A stretch of DNA of 64,000 bases. Source: Ignavibacterium sp. (lineage in GTDB: Bacteria > Bacteroidota > Ignavibacteria > UBA10030). The notes below the pieces were generated by a model, which saw nothing but the letters and a program-made list of their open reading frames with translations, searched no databases and had not been told where the DNA came from. The stretch covers positions 3,333-67,332 of the forward strand of contig JABRVW010000100.1 in NCBI GenBank assembly GCA_039961715.1, in the 5' to 3' direction. Position numbers and translations under genes: made by a program. Positions 1-7,996 of the stretch are shown here, one piece after another; position 1 is the stretch's first letter, and each line of letters begins with the position of its first letter.

Positions 1-397
1 CAATGTGGGCATGTTGAAGTCAGGCGAGTATAAGTATGTGGAAAACGATATTGCGGCAGTCGCGCGCGTCGTGAAGCGCCACGGCGCCCTGCTGAAGGTC
101 ATCATCGAAACCGGACTGCTCTCGGACGAGGAGAAAGTGAAAGCGTGTCTGCTGGCAAAGAGCGCGGGGGCTAACTTCGTGAAGACGTCAACGGGATTCT
201 CCAAGGGTGGAGCCACCACAGGAGATATCGCTCTCATGAGAAAGGTTGTGGGATCGTCGCTGGGGGTGAAGGCCTCGGGTGGCGTAAGGACCCATGAAGA
301 CGCGAAGGCACTCATCGAAAGCGGGGCGGACAGAATCGGAGCCAGTGCGAGCGTGATGATTGTGACAGGGGAAAAAGCAGCACCAAGTACCTATTGA
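1..397 (+). CDS. deoC: deoxyribose-phosphate aldolase, C-terminal part (5' end lies off the window)
   Basis: The ORF reads in from the left edge. It has the FVKTSTGF Schiff-base lysine motif and the GVKASGGVR motif typical of class I DERA. Confidence 0.9.
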   Translation, partial: NVGMLKSGEYKYVENDIAAVARVVKRHGALLKVIIETGLLSDEEKVKACLLAKSAGANFVKTSTGFSKGGATTGDIALMRKVVGSSLGVKASGGVRTHEDAKALIESGADRIGASASVMIVTGEKAAPSTY

Positions 398-406
398 AGG
401 CCGATC

Positions 407-1015
407 TTGGAAGCCAAAACGAGGATGAAAATTCGAAATACAAAACACGAAGCTCGAAACAAGCACAAAATGCGAAATCCAAAACCGTATAATGCCATTT
501 CATGCGTCTTGAGCGTTTTGGGCCTCTTCCTCGCAGGGTGCACGCCGGGTGGGCAGATGCTGAACGACGAGCAGAACGGAACGAGAGAAAAGGCTCCGCT
601 GGCCTACTACGAAGCCACGCTGAGGCCGTCGGAGTTCGATGAGGAAGTCGAAATAGTCCGCCAGACCCACGAGCGTCAGGGGGAATCGGTGACCCCCTTC
701 GACCTGCCCTCCGACAGCACGGTGGTGGAAACAGTGGAAGTGCAGGGGTTCAGAATACAGGTCTTTGCCTCGGCGAGCATTGACGAGGCCGCAGCTGCAC
801 GGGAATCTGCGCGCACGAAGGTGGGAAGCGATTCTGTGTATGTGGTCTATGATCCGCCCGTCTACAAGGTCCGGGTGGGGGACTACGCAACGCGCCTGGA
901 GGCCAATCAGCGTCTTCCGCGCATTGTCAACCTGGGATTCCCCGACGCCTGGGTCGTATCGGACAGGATTACGCTTCGCAGAATCACGCGCATTCCACGC
1001 CAGGGAGACGAATAA
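407..1015 (+). CDS. SPOR-domain lipoprotein
   Basis: A lipobox-like LFLAGC follows a hydrophobic segment. The C-terminal part has SPOR-like FRIQVFASASIDEAAAA...YKVRVGDY. The true start may be an internal Met (e.g. 470). Confidence 0.7.
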   Translation: MEAKTRMKIRNTKHEARNKHKMRNPKPYNAISCVLSVLGLFLAGCTPGGQMLNDEQNGTREKAPLAYYEATLRPSEFDEEVEIVRQTHERQGESVTPFDLPSDSTVVETVEVQGFRIQVFASASIDEAAAARESARTKVGSDSVYVVYDPPVYKVRVGDYATRLEANQRLPRIVNLGFPDAWVVSDRITLRRITRIPRQGDE

Positions 1016-1113
1016 AAAAGTCTCACTCGTTGGGGGGATGGGCCGTCAAGAGCCGAGTTCGGAAGTCTCCCATCTGCGACAATCTGCTCAAGTCTGCAAT
1101 ACCATCTGCGCCG

Positions 1114-2931
1114 TTACACCACATCCTCATACATCTTCTCAATCAATCCCGCGTACTTCTCCTCAACAACCTTCCGCTTTACTTTCAGCGTGGGCGTGAT
1201 TTCGCCTGATTCGACCGTCAGGGGCTTGTCCAGAAGCTCGAAGCGGCGTACGCGCTCAAACGCCGGCAAATCCTTCTGAATCCTCTCAATCTCCTTCTTG
1301 AACATCTCTCTAATGGAGTCGCTCGCTGTGAGGTCGCGCTCCGAATCGAAGAGGAGTCCGTTTTGGTGAGCGTATTCCTTTACAATCTCGAACTCCGGCA
1401 CAATGAGAGCCGTCAGGAACATTCTTCCGTCGCCGATCAGAACAAACTGGTCGATGTATTTGCTCGCCAGGAACAGGTTTTCGATTGGCTGGGGGGCGAT
1501 GTTCTTGCCTCCCGAGCTCACGAACAAATGCTTCTTCCGGTCTGTGATCATCAGATGTCCACCTTCGTCGAAATGGCCGATGTCCCCCGTGTGGAACCAT
1601 CCGTCCTTGTCGATCACCTCTTCCGTTGCCTTCTTATTGTTGTAATATCCCACCATGATGTTCGGTCCCCGCGCAAGGATCTCTCCATCCTCGGCGATCT
1701 TGATTTCCACCCCGGGAATGGGTTTGCCCACGGTGCCGAACTTGTAGTCGTCCAGACGGTTGACGGTGAGCACGGGTGAGGTCTCCGTCAATCCATATCC
1801 TTCGATGATCTGAATTCCCATTGCCTCGAAGAATTCTCCAAGCATTTTCGGCAAGGCCGCCCCGCCCGAGACAAAGAAGCGTATGCGCCCCCCGGTGCGC
1901 TCTTTGAGCTTGGAATACACAAGCTTCGAGGCCAGGCTGTGCTGGAGCCTGAGGAACGGTGAAACCCTGCCGGACCTCTTTGCGGCGGCCATTTCCTTGC
2001 CGAGCGCCAGGGCCCAGTGAAAGATCTTTTGTCGGGGAGCGGGACTGCTGTCGACCTGTTTCATGAGCCTGTTGTAGATGCGCTCGAACAACCTCGGCAC
2101 TGTTGTGACGACCGTGGGGTGAACCTCGAGCAGGTTGTCGCGTACGGTTTCGACACTCTCCGCGTAGGCGACCGTGACGCCACAGGCCATGGTGGTGTAG
2201 TATCCCGCCATTCGCTCAAACGAATGACAGAGAGGCAGGAACGAAAGGAGCGTGTCGGTTTCGCCGAACGGTATCACGTCGGCGGAAGCCTTGATGTTTG
2301 ACACCAGGTTCTTGTGGGTGAGCATCACGCCCTTGGGGTTCCCTGTCGTGCCGGAGGTATAGATAAACGTCAGCAGATCGTCCGGTTTGACGCGGGCCAT
2401 GGATTCGTGCAGAAGGTCGGGGTGGGATTGGCCAAGGGCATCTCCCATTTCGTACATGCGCGAGAAGGAAAGCACGTCTTCCCCCGCGGTGACACCTTTG
2501 TCCGACATGACGGCGACGTGTTCCAGGGTTTTCACGTCGCTCCGAATGCGCTGAATCTTGTTCAGTTGCATCTGGTTCGACACGATCGCCATCCGGATGC
2601 CCGCATCATTATAAATATATTCGATCTGTTTGGGGGTGAGGGTGGGATAGATGGGAACATTTATGATACCGAGAATGACCATGGCCATGTCGGCAATGAC
2701 CCATTCGGGACGATTTTCGGAGACGATCGAGAGACGGTCACCCTTTTTCATGCCGAGGGAGGCGAGGCCGAGGGCGAAGCGTTCAACCTGGCGTCGGTAC
2801 TCTGCATGGGTAATGGAGCGGTATGTGCCATCGGTCTTGTACTGCAGCATCGGGCGTCCCGAATGTTCGTACTTCCGGGTGATTCGATCGAACATTTCGG
2901 CGATGGTTGAGAATTCGACGACAACAGACAT
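1114..2931 (-). CDS. AMP-dependent long-chain acyl-CoA ligase
   Basis: AMP-binding motif YTSGTTGNPKGVMLTH and GYGLTETS are present. I chose the start MSVVVEF at 2931, preceded by GGAGG. The ORF-track N-terminal extension to 3021 is unlikely to be translated. Confidence 0.9.
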   Translation of the reverse strand: MSVVVEFSTIAEMFDRITRKYEHSGRPMLQYKTDGTYRSITHAEYRRQVERFALGLASLGMKKGDRLSIVSENRPEWVIADMAMVILGIINVPIYPTLTPKQIEYIYNDAGIRMAIVSNQMQLNKIQRIRSDVKTLEHVAVMSDKGVTAGEDVLSFSRMYEMGDALGQSHPDLLHESMARVKPDDLLTFIYTSGTTGNPKGVMLTHKNLVSNIKASADVIPFGETDTLLSFLPLCHSFERMAGYYTTMACGVTVAYAESVETVRDNLLEVHPTVVTTVPRLFERIYNRLMKQVDSSPAPRQKIFHWALALGKEMAAAKRSGRVSPFLRLQHSLASKLVYSKLKERTGGRIRFFVSGGAALPKMLGEFFEAMGIQIIEGYGLTETSPVLTVNRLDDYKFGTVGKPIPGVEIKIAEDGEILARGPNIMVGYYNNKKATEEVIDKDGWFHTGDIGHFDEGGHLMITDRKKHLFVSSGGKNIAPQPIENLFLASKYIDQFVLIGDGRMFLTALIVPEFEIVKEYAHQNGLLFDSERDLTASDSIREMFKKEIERIQKDLPAFERVRRFELLDKPLTVESGEITPTLKVKRKVVEEKYAGLIEKMYEDVV

Positions 2932-3265
2932 TGAGAAACCTCCTGGTAATCTTCCCCGGTTTCGCCCCGTTCCGTGTGACCGGGAGCACGCAAAAGTACA
3001 CGGCAGGCGGTCCAGATTCAAGCGATTTCGCGGACGAGGCCTCGGCGTAGAACCCCCTCACGGGCTCATCGGGTTGTCAACAGGATTTCCACGGGACCTT
3101 CAAGTTGACCTTGAACTTCCCGGCGGCGTCAAGTAAAGCCTTTACAGCAACTTACATCATTTTGTCTTACACGCAAGTCTCCCGGGCCATGCAAGGGGTG
3201 TGCCAGCAACGTGTGGATATCTTTTGAAAAAATATGCGTGAAGTTTTGCCCTGTTCAAAATCCAC

Positions 3266-3294
3266 TTGACAAAGCTTCGGTAAGCGCTTATATT
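3266..3294 (+). promoter_or_regulatory. putative promoter of nrdJ (TTGACA-17 nt-TATATT)
   Basis: TTGACA at 3266-3271 and TATATT at 3289-3294 with a 17-nt spacer, about 280 nt upstream of the nrdJ ATG. Confidence 0.4.
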
Positions 3295-3366
3295 GATGCC
3301 CGGTTACACTCGCCGGCGGCGCATCAAGGAAGGCGCCGATTCTTTGATTTCGCGTTTTTCAGGGGA

Positions 3367-3516
3367 CGTGCGGAAGCTCTCAACCCTCCCTTAATGCCTG
3401 GACAGAGAGCGAAGATTGCCGGCCGGCGACTCTGCTCTTCTACAAAAATTCATCAGCGAAAACCTGAAATCCTTTCCTGCGGGAAGCTCAGTTCCGCACG
3501 AAGGTTCTTTTTTCTT
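3367..3516 (+). promoter_or_regulatory. candidate transcription-attenuation leader (antiterminator/terminator alternative) of nrdJ
   Basis: 3367-3375 cgtgcggaa can pair perfectly with 3492-3500 ttccgcacg. The same 3' strand also forms a local 12-bp hairpin (3471-3504), directly followed by ttcttttttctt (3505-3516). Confidence 0.45.
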
Positions 3517-3576
3517 GTGCAGATATGATTGTACCCTTTCACCCACCACTTCATTCTTAAGCGAGGAGACCACCCC

Positions 3577-6318
3577 ATGGTCGACAAAGAGACAAAAGCA
3601 GCGGCGATCGTTGACCAGCCCGAGCGATCCACCGGAAAGCGCGGACTTACCTTTCAGCGCGCTTTCACAAAGCCCGGCGTCCATCCGTTCGATGAGATCG
3701 AGTGGGAGCTTCGCACCGCGGTCATTACCAACGAAAAGGGTGAACGAATTTTTGAGCAGAAGGACGTCGAAATCCCGAAGTCGTGGTCGATGACGGCGAC
3801 CAACGTTGTGGTCTCGAAGTATTTCCACGGTGCGCTCGGAACGCCCGAACGCGAACACAGTGTGCGTCAGCTCATCGAACGCGTTGCGCGGACAATTCAG
3901 CGCTGGGGCATTCAGGGCGGCTACTTCGCCTCCGAAGAGGATGCAGAGACGTTCTATCATGAGCTCTGCTTCCTCCTCGTGAACCAGTACATGTCGTTCA
4001 ACAGTCCGGTCTGGTTCAACGTGGGCGTCGAGGAACATCCGCAGTGTTCCGCCTGTTTCATCAATTCCGTCCGTGACTCCATGTCGTCCATTCTCGACCT
4101 CGCAAAGACCGAGGGGATGCTGTTCAAGTACGGCTCAGGCACGGGCTCGAATCTCTCCACCCTGCGCTCTTCGCGCGAGAAGCTCTCCGGAGGCGGCACG
4201 GCTTCCGGTCCGGTCTCCTTCATGCGCGGCTTCGACGCGTTTGCAGGAGTGATCAAGTCCGGCGGAAAAACGCGCCGCGCGGCCAAGATGGTGATCCTCA
4301 ACGCCGACCATCCGGATATCGTCGATTTCATCAACTGCAAGGCCGAGGAAGAGAAGAAGGCCTGGGTGCTGATCGAAGCCGGATATGACGGCGGGTTCAA
4401 CGTCGCGGGCGGCGCCTACGATTCCATCTTCTATCAAAACGCCAACCATTCGGTCCGTGTCACGGACGAATTCATGAAGGCGGTGCTGGAAGACAAGGAG
4501 TGGGTGACCAAGGCGGTGCTCGATGGCCGGCCGATGGAGAAGTTCCGCGCGCGGGACCTCATGAAGCAGATTGCCGAGGCGGCATGGATCTGCGGCGATC
4601 CGGGCATGCAGTATCACAGCACAATCAACAACTGGCATACGTGTTCCAACACTGCTCCGATCAACTCCTCGAACCCGTGCAGTGAGTACATGTTCCTGGA
4701 CGACACGGCCTGCAACCTGGCCTCGCTGAACCTGATGAAGTTCCGGACTGAGGGCGGCGATTTCGACGTCGAATCTTTCCGCAAGGCCGTGCAGGTCACG
4801 ATCACCGCCATGGAGATCGAGGTGGATAATGCGAGTTATCCGACCCCGGCCATCACGCAGAACAGCTACGATTACCGTCCACTGGGCCTGGGTTATGCGA
4901 ATCTGGGCGCGTTGCTGATGTCGCGCGGCCTTCCCTACGACAGCGAGGAAGGGCGCTCGATGGCGGCGGCAATCACCTCGCTCATGTGCGGCGAGGCCTA
5001 CCGCCAGTCGGCCCTCATCGCAAAGGAGATCGGGCCGTTCAAGGGATTTGCGATCAACAAGGAGCCGATGATCAATGTGATGCAGAAGCACGGCATCCAT
5101 GCCGAGCGCATCAACAAGGAGCTCGTGCAGGAGGATCTGTGGGAAGCGTCGGCAGACGTTTGGAAGGATGTCGTGAAGTTCGGCAGGCAATACGGCATCC
5201 GTAACTCCCAGGCGACCGTGCTCGCGCCGACCGGCACGATCGGGTTCATGATGGACTGCGACACCACCGGCGTGGAGCCCGATATCGCCCTGGTGAAATA
5301 CAAGAAGCTGGTGGGCGGAGGCCTGCTCAAGATCGTGAACCAGACCGTTCCGGAAGCGCTGGCCAAGCTGGGGTACGATGACGAGCAAATCGAGCACATC
5401 GTGGCATACATCGACAAGAACGACACGATCGAAGGGGCTCCGCACCTCAAGGAAGAGCATCTGCCGGTGTTTGATTGCGCATTCAAGCCCGCCAACGGGA
5501 CCCGGTCAATCCATTACATGGGCCATATCAAGATGATGGCCGCCGTTCAGCCGTTCCTGTCCGGCGCGATTTCCAAGACCGTGAATCTTCCCACCGACGT
5601 CACGGCGGACGAGATCATGCAGGCGTACATTGAGGGATGGCGGCTTGGCTTGAAGGCCATTGCCGTCTATCGGGACGGCTGCAAGCGGACACAGCCCTTG
5701 AGCACGTCGCTGAAGGGCGAGGACAAGAAAGCCGCCAAATCCGGCACGCCGGTGCGCAGGCGCCTGCCCGACGAGCGCCAGTCGATCACCCACAAGTTCA
5801 GCATTGCGGGGCATGAGGGCTACATCACCGTGGGCATGTTTGAAGACGGCATGCCGGGCGAGGTGTTCATCACGATGTCCAAGGAGGGCTCGACCATCTC
5901 GGGCCTCATGGACTCCTTCGCCACGGGCATTTCGATCGCGCTCCAATACGGCGTGCCCCTGAAGGTCATGGTGGACAAATTCAGCCATGCACGCTACGAG
6001 CCTTCAGGCTTCACCAACAATCCGGATATCCCGATTGCCAAGTCCATCAGCGATTACATCTTCCGCTGGTTGGGCCTGAAGTTCCTGCCGAAGGAAGGCG
6101 AGGAAGCCACTGCACCGGTTGAGGCAATCTCGGCGTCAAAGGAAAAGAAGACCGAAGGGAAGCCGGCGAAGGTTGCGTCGAGCCTGGAGAGCAGCGAGAA
6201 GGTGGTTTTTCAGACCCAGTCCGACGCCCCTCCCTGCCATGAGTGCGGAAGCATCATGATCCGGAGCGGAAGCTGCTACAAGTGCCTGCAGTGCGGCTCG
6301 ACGAGCGGATGTTCGTGA
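3577..6318 (+). CDS. nrdJ: class II (adenosylcobalamin-dependent) ribonucleotide reductase
   Basis: A 913-aa product with the typical NrdJ N-terminus (FTKPGVHPFDEIEWE), the catalytic-region NPCSEY motif, and the C-terminal Cys-rich tail CHECGS...CYKCLQCGSTSGC. The start at 3577 is preceded by GAGGAG. Confidence 0.92.
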   Translation: MVDKETKAAAIVDQPERSTGKRGLTFQRAFTKPGVHPFDEIEWELRTAVITNEKGERIFEQKDVEIPKSWSMTATNVVVSKYFHGALGTPEREHSVRQLIERVARTIQRWGIQGGYFASEEDAETFYHELCFLLVNQYMSFNSPVWFNVGVEEHPQCSACFINSVRDSMSSILDLAKTEGMLFKYGSGTGSNLSTLRSSREKLSGGGTASGPVSFMRGFDAFAGVIKSGGKTRRAAKMVILNADHPDIVDFINCKAEEEKKAWVLIEAGYDGGFNVAGGAYDSIFYQNANHSVRVTDEFMKAVLEDKEWVTKAVLDGRPMEKFRARDLMKQIAEAAWICGDPGMQYHSTINNWHTCSNTAPINSSNPCSEYMFLDDTACNLASLNLMKFRTEGGDFDVESFRKAVQVTITAMEIEVDNASYPTPAITQNSYDYRPLGLGYANLGALLMSRGLPYDSEEGRSMAAAITSLMCGEAYRQSALIAKEIGPFKGFAINKEPMINVMQKHGIHAERINKELVQEDLWEASADVWKDVVKFGRQYGIRNSQATVLAPTGTIGFMMDCDTTGVEPDIALVKYKKLVGGGLLKIVNQTVPEALAKLGYDDEQIEHIVAYIDKNDTIEGAPHLKEEHLPVFDCAFKPANGTRSIHYMGHIKMMAAVQPFLSGAISKTVNLPTDVTADEIMQAYIEGWRLGLKAIAVYRDGCKRTQPLSTSLKGEDKKAAKSGTPVRRRLPDERQSITHKFSIAGHEGYITVGMFEDGMPGEVFITMSKEGSTISGLMDSFATGISIALQYGVPLKVMVDKFSHARYEPSGFTNNPDIPIAKSISDYIFRWLGLKFLPKEGEEATAPVEAISASKEKKTEGKPAKVASSLESSEKVVFQTQSDAPPCHECGSIMIRSGSCYKCLQCGSTSGCS

Positions 6319-6379
6319 GGCAGGATAGCTAGTGAGATAATTTTCAGACTGTTTTACGCGTTAGGAGTCGAAAAATTGC

Positions 6380-6426
6380 AATCGGCGCGCTTGCCTCAAA
6401 GGGTAGGCGCGCCGATTTGTTTTTGT
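6380..6426 (+). terminator. rho-independent terminator after nrdJ
   Basis: An 11-bp GC-rich stem, aatcggcgcgc (6380-6390) with gcgcgccgatt (6407-6417), is followed by tgtttttgtt. Confidence 0.75.
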
Positions 6427-6494
6427 TAGAAGTGACAGAGGTCAGGCGAGACGATCTACTGAAGGCGGTTTTGACCGGCAGGGACAATCCCCCG

Positions 6495-6579
6495 AATTGT
6501 GGCTCACGCAAACTTGGCGTACCAATCCTTGTTCGCTGTCATGGACCACTCCATGACAGCGCATTGGCCTGCCCAAACC
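6495..6579 (+). repeat. left repeat block: module A (6495-6515) + module B with 12-bp hairpin (6516-6579)
   Basis: Module A is aattgtggctcacgcaaactt. Module B contains the perfect hairpin cgctgtcatgga-ccac-tccatgacagcg (6534-6561). Confidence 0.8.
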
Positions 6580-6624
6580 ATGGCAACGTGTTACCGTCGG
6601 ACGTTTGAAGGAGTGGGGGTATCC

Positions 6625-7344
6625 ATGGGACGTCGTGGCCGACTTTCTCTCACTCATTTCACCCGCTATTTTGTCACAACGACGATTCATCGGTTCCGCC
6701 CTGTCTTCACGATCCCGGAGTGTTGCGATGCACTCATAGCAAACATCCGTTACTATCGCGAAAAGCATGAATTCCGGGTTTTCGGGTTTGTCATCATGCC
6801 AACCCACTTTCACTGGTTACTCGAAGTTGTCCCCGAGAAGGCCACTCTCTCAGACGTGATGAGAGATATCAAGAAGTACGCTGCATGGGATATCCTCGAT
6901 ATTCTTGAACAACGTGGACGTCGTGATCTTCTGAGGTCATTCACTCTTCAGTCCGGCAGGATCGTGACTCAACATCGACATCTTTGGATGAAACGTTTTG
7001 ACGACAAGTATATTCGTGATGAGCTCATGTTCGCTTCAACACTGCGGTACATCCACAACAATCCTGTGAAAGCCGGACTTGTGAGGAAACCCGAGGACTA
7101 CAAGTACTCAAGTGCGCGGAACTACACACTCGGAGATCACTCGGTTCTCGATGTCTCCACAGAATGGTATACATCTCAGTGCTATCGTGGGACGGTGGCA
7201 CCGCCGGATGTCTGTCCCTGCTCTCAGTGCCACCGTGGGACGATGGCACCGCCGGAATTAGGGGAACCGCTTAGCGAAACGGTGGCACAGGAGACATTGG
7301 GGATCGCCGGTCCACGGCATTCCAATCCTGGTTCGCCGTCATAG
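6625..7344 (+). CDS. REP-associated tyrosine transposase / IS200-like Y1 HUH transposase
   Basis: HUH motif PTHFHWLLE (HFH at 6805-6813). The catalytic Tyr context is LRYIHNNPVKAGL (Y at 7048-7050). The start at 6625 is preceded by GGAG. The C-terminal about 55 aa are encoded by repeat DNA and may not be a functional part of the protein. Confidence 0.8.
   Translation: MGRRGRLSLTHFTRYFVTTTIHRFRPVFTIPECCDALIANIRYYREKHEFRVFGFVIMPTHFHWLLEVVPEKATLSDVMRDIKKYAAWDILDILEQRGRRDLLRSFTLQSGRIVTQHRHLWMKRFDDKYIRDELMFASTLRYIHNNPVKAGLVRKPEDYKYSSARNYTLGDHSVLDVSTEWYTSQCYRGTVAPPDVCPCSQCHRGTMAPPELGEPLSETVAQETLGIAGPRHSNPGSPS
7175..7256 (+). repeat. two 34-nt direct repeats (period 48 nt) inside the 3' end of the transposase ORF
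   Basis: 7175-7208 and 7223-7256 differ at 3 of 34 positions (ctcagtgcYaYcgtgggacgRtggcaccgccgga). A partial third copy, acggtggcac, sits at 7279-7288. Confidence 0.8.
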
Positions 7345-7412
7345 ACCACTCCATGACAGCGTACAGGCCCGCCCAACCTCACTCCTCCGGCAATTGTGGC
7401 TCACGCAAACTT
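7316..7412 (+). repeat. right repeat block: module B' (7316-7378) + module A' (7392-7412)
   Basis: B' matches B at about 54 of 64 positions, with the hairpin partly degraded (gccgtcataga...tccatgacagc). A' is identical to A at 21 of 21 positions. The module order is swapped relative to the left block. Confidence 0.8.
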
Positions 7413-7447
7413 TTCCGATATTCCTCCATCACTTTCGAAGATTCGTC

Positions 7448-7822
7448 ATGACGAAGACATCCATTCTCCCCAACGCTATCCAGATGCCGGCCGGCAAGAT
7501 CAAGAGTGAACGGCTCGTGCCGTGGTTCGAGCCGAAGAAACAAACCGGATTCTTCGGCGTCAAATCGGGCAAGATCCATCCCCATGGACTTCTCGTGGAA
7601 CTGGACAAACCACTGTCCGCCGAGGACCTTCTCAAGATGATCCAGGAACATCACAAGGTGGCTCTCGGAAAGAAAGATGCATTGGCCATTCTGGAGAAGT
7701 ACGTCGTTGCCCTCCAGGCGTACAGAGCAGGCAACGTGATCTTCATCCACTACTCCAAAACCGGTGACTTCTCGATCGACAAGGTCGCGGAAAGCCCGCC
7801 AATGGAGCAGAAGAGATTCTGA
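7448..7822 (+). CDS. hypothetical protein (124 aa), no family recognised
   Basis: An ORF immediately downstream of the transposase element, in the same lower-GC stretch. The start is uncertain (7394 TTG or 7448 ATG). Confidence 0.45.
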   Translation: MTKTSILPNAIQMPAGKIKSERLVPWFEPKKQTGFFGVKSGKIHPHGLLVELDKPLSAEDLLKMIQEHHKVALGKKDALAILEKYVVALQAYRAGNVIFIHYSKTGDFSIDKVAESPPMEQKRF

Positions 7823-7902
7823 CAGAATGGAACGCACCTGGTCCCTGGCATAACCTTTAATCCCGAACGGGTTTTCCGCGATTGTCCGTCGGAAGCCTCG
7901 AA

Positions 7903-7924
7903 GGCGTCGGATTCATCCGACGCC
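7903..7924 (+). terminator. stable hairpin downstream of the hypothetical gene (no T-tract)
   Basis: ggcgtcgga-ttca-tccgacgcc forms a 9-bp perfect stem. The missing U-run makes its terminator function uncertain. Confidence 0.3.
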
Positions 7925-7996
7925 GTGCTCTTGGAACGCATCGGCCTCGATCATTGTTCTCAAGAGCAATGAATTGAGCAACGAAAGGAAGAACTG

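Larger units (their letters stand above)
6495..7412 (+). mobile_element. IS200/RAYT-type HUH transposase element bounded by repeat modules
   Basis: A single Y1 HUH transposase gene is flanked on the same strand by 63-64-nt hairpin-containing repeats. Outside those lies a perfect 21-nt direct repeat. GC is lower than in the flanks. Confidence 0.65.

Noticed and set aside
3211-3528. 105-aa ORF within the nrdJ leader
   Set aside because: It has no RBS, runs through the predicted hairpins and terminator, and has non-protein-like composition.
3295-3576. Cobalamin riboswitch or NrdR boxes upstream of nrdJ
   Set aside because: I could not find a B12-box (GCCACTG-type core) or tandem 16-nt NrdR palindromes by eye. 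The leader is reported only as an unclassified attenuator candidate. An Rfam scan is needed.
4135-5460. 441-aa minus-strand ORF inside nrdJ (also 3391-4038, 5506-5988)
   Set aside because: It is antisense to a highly conserved RNR coding sequence, with no independent support.
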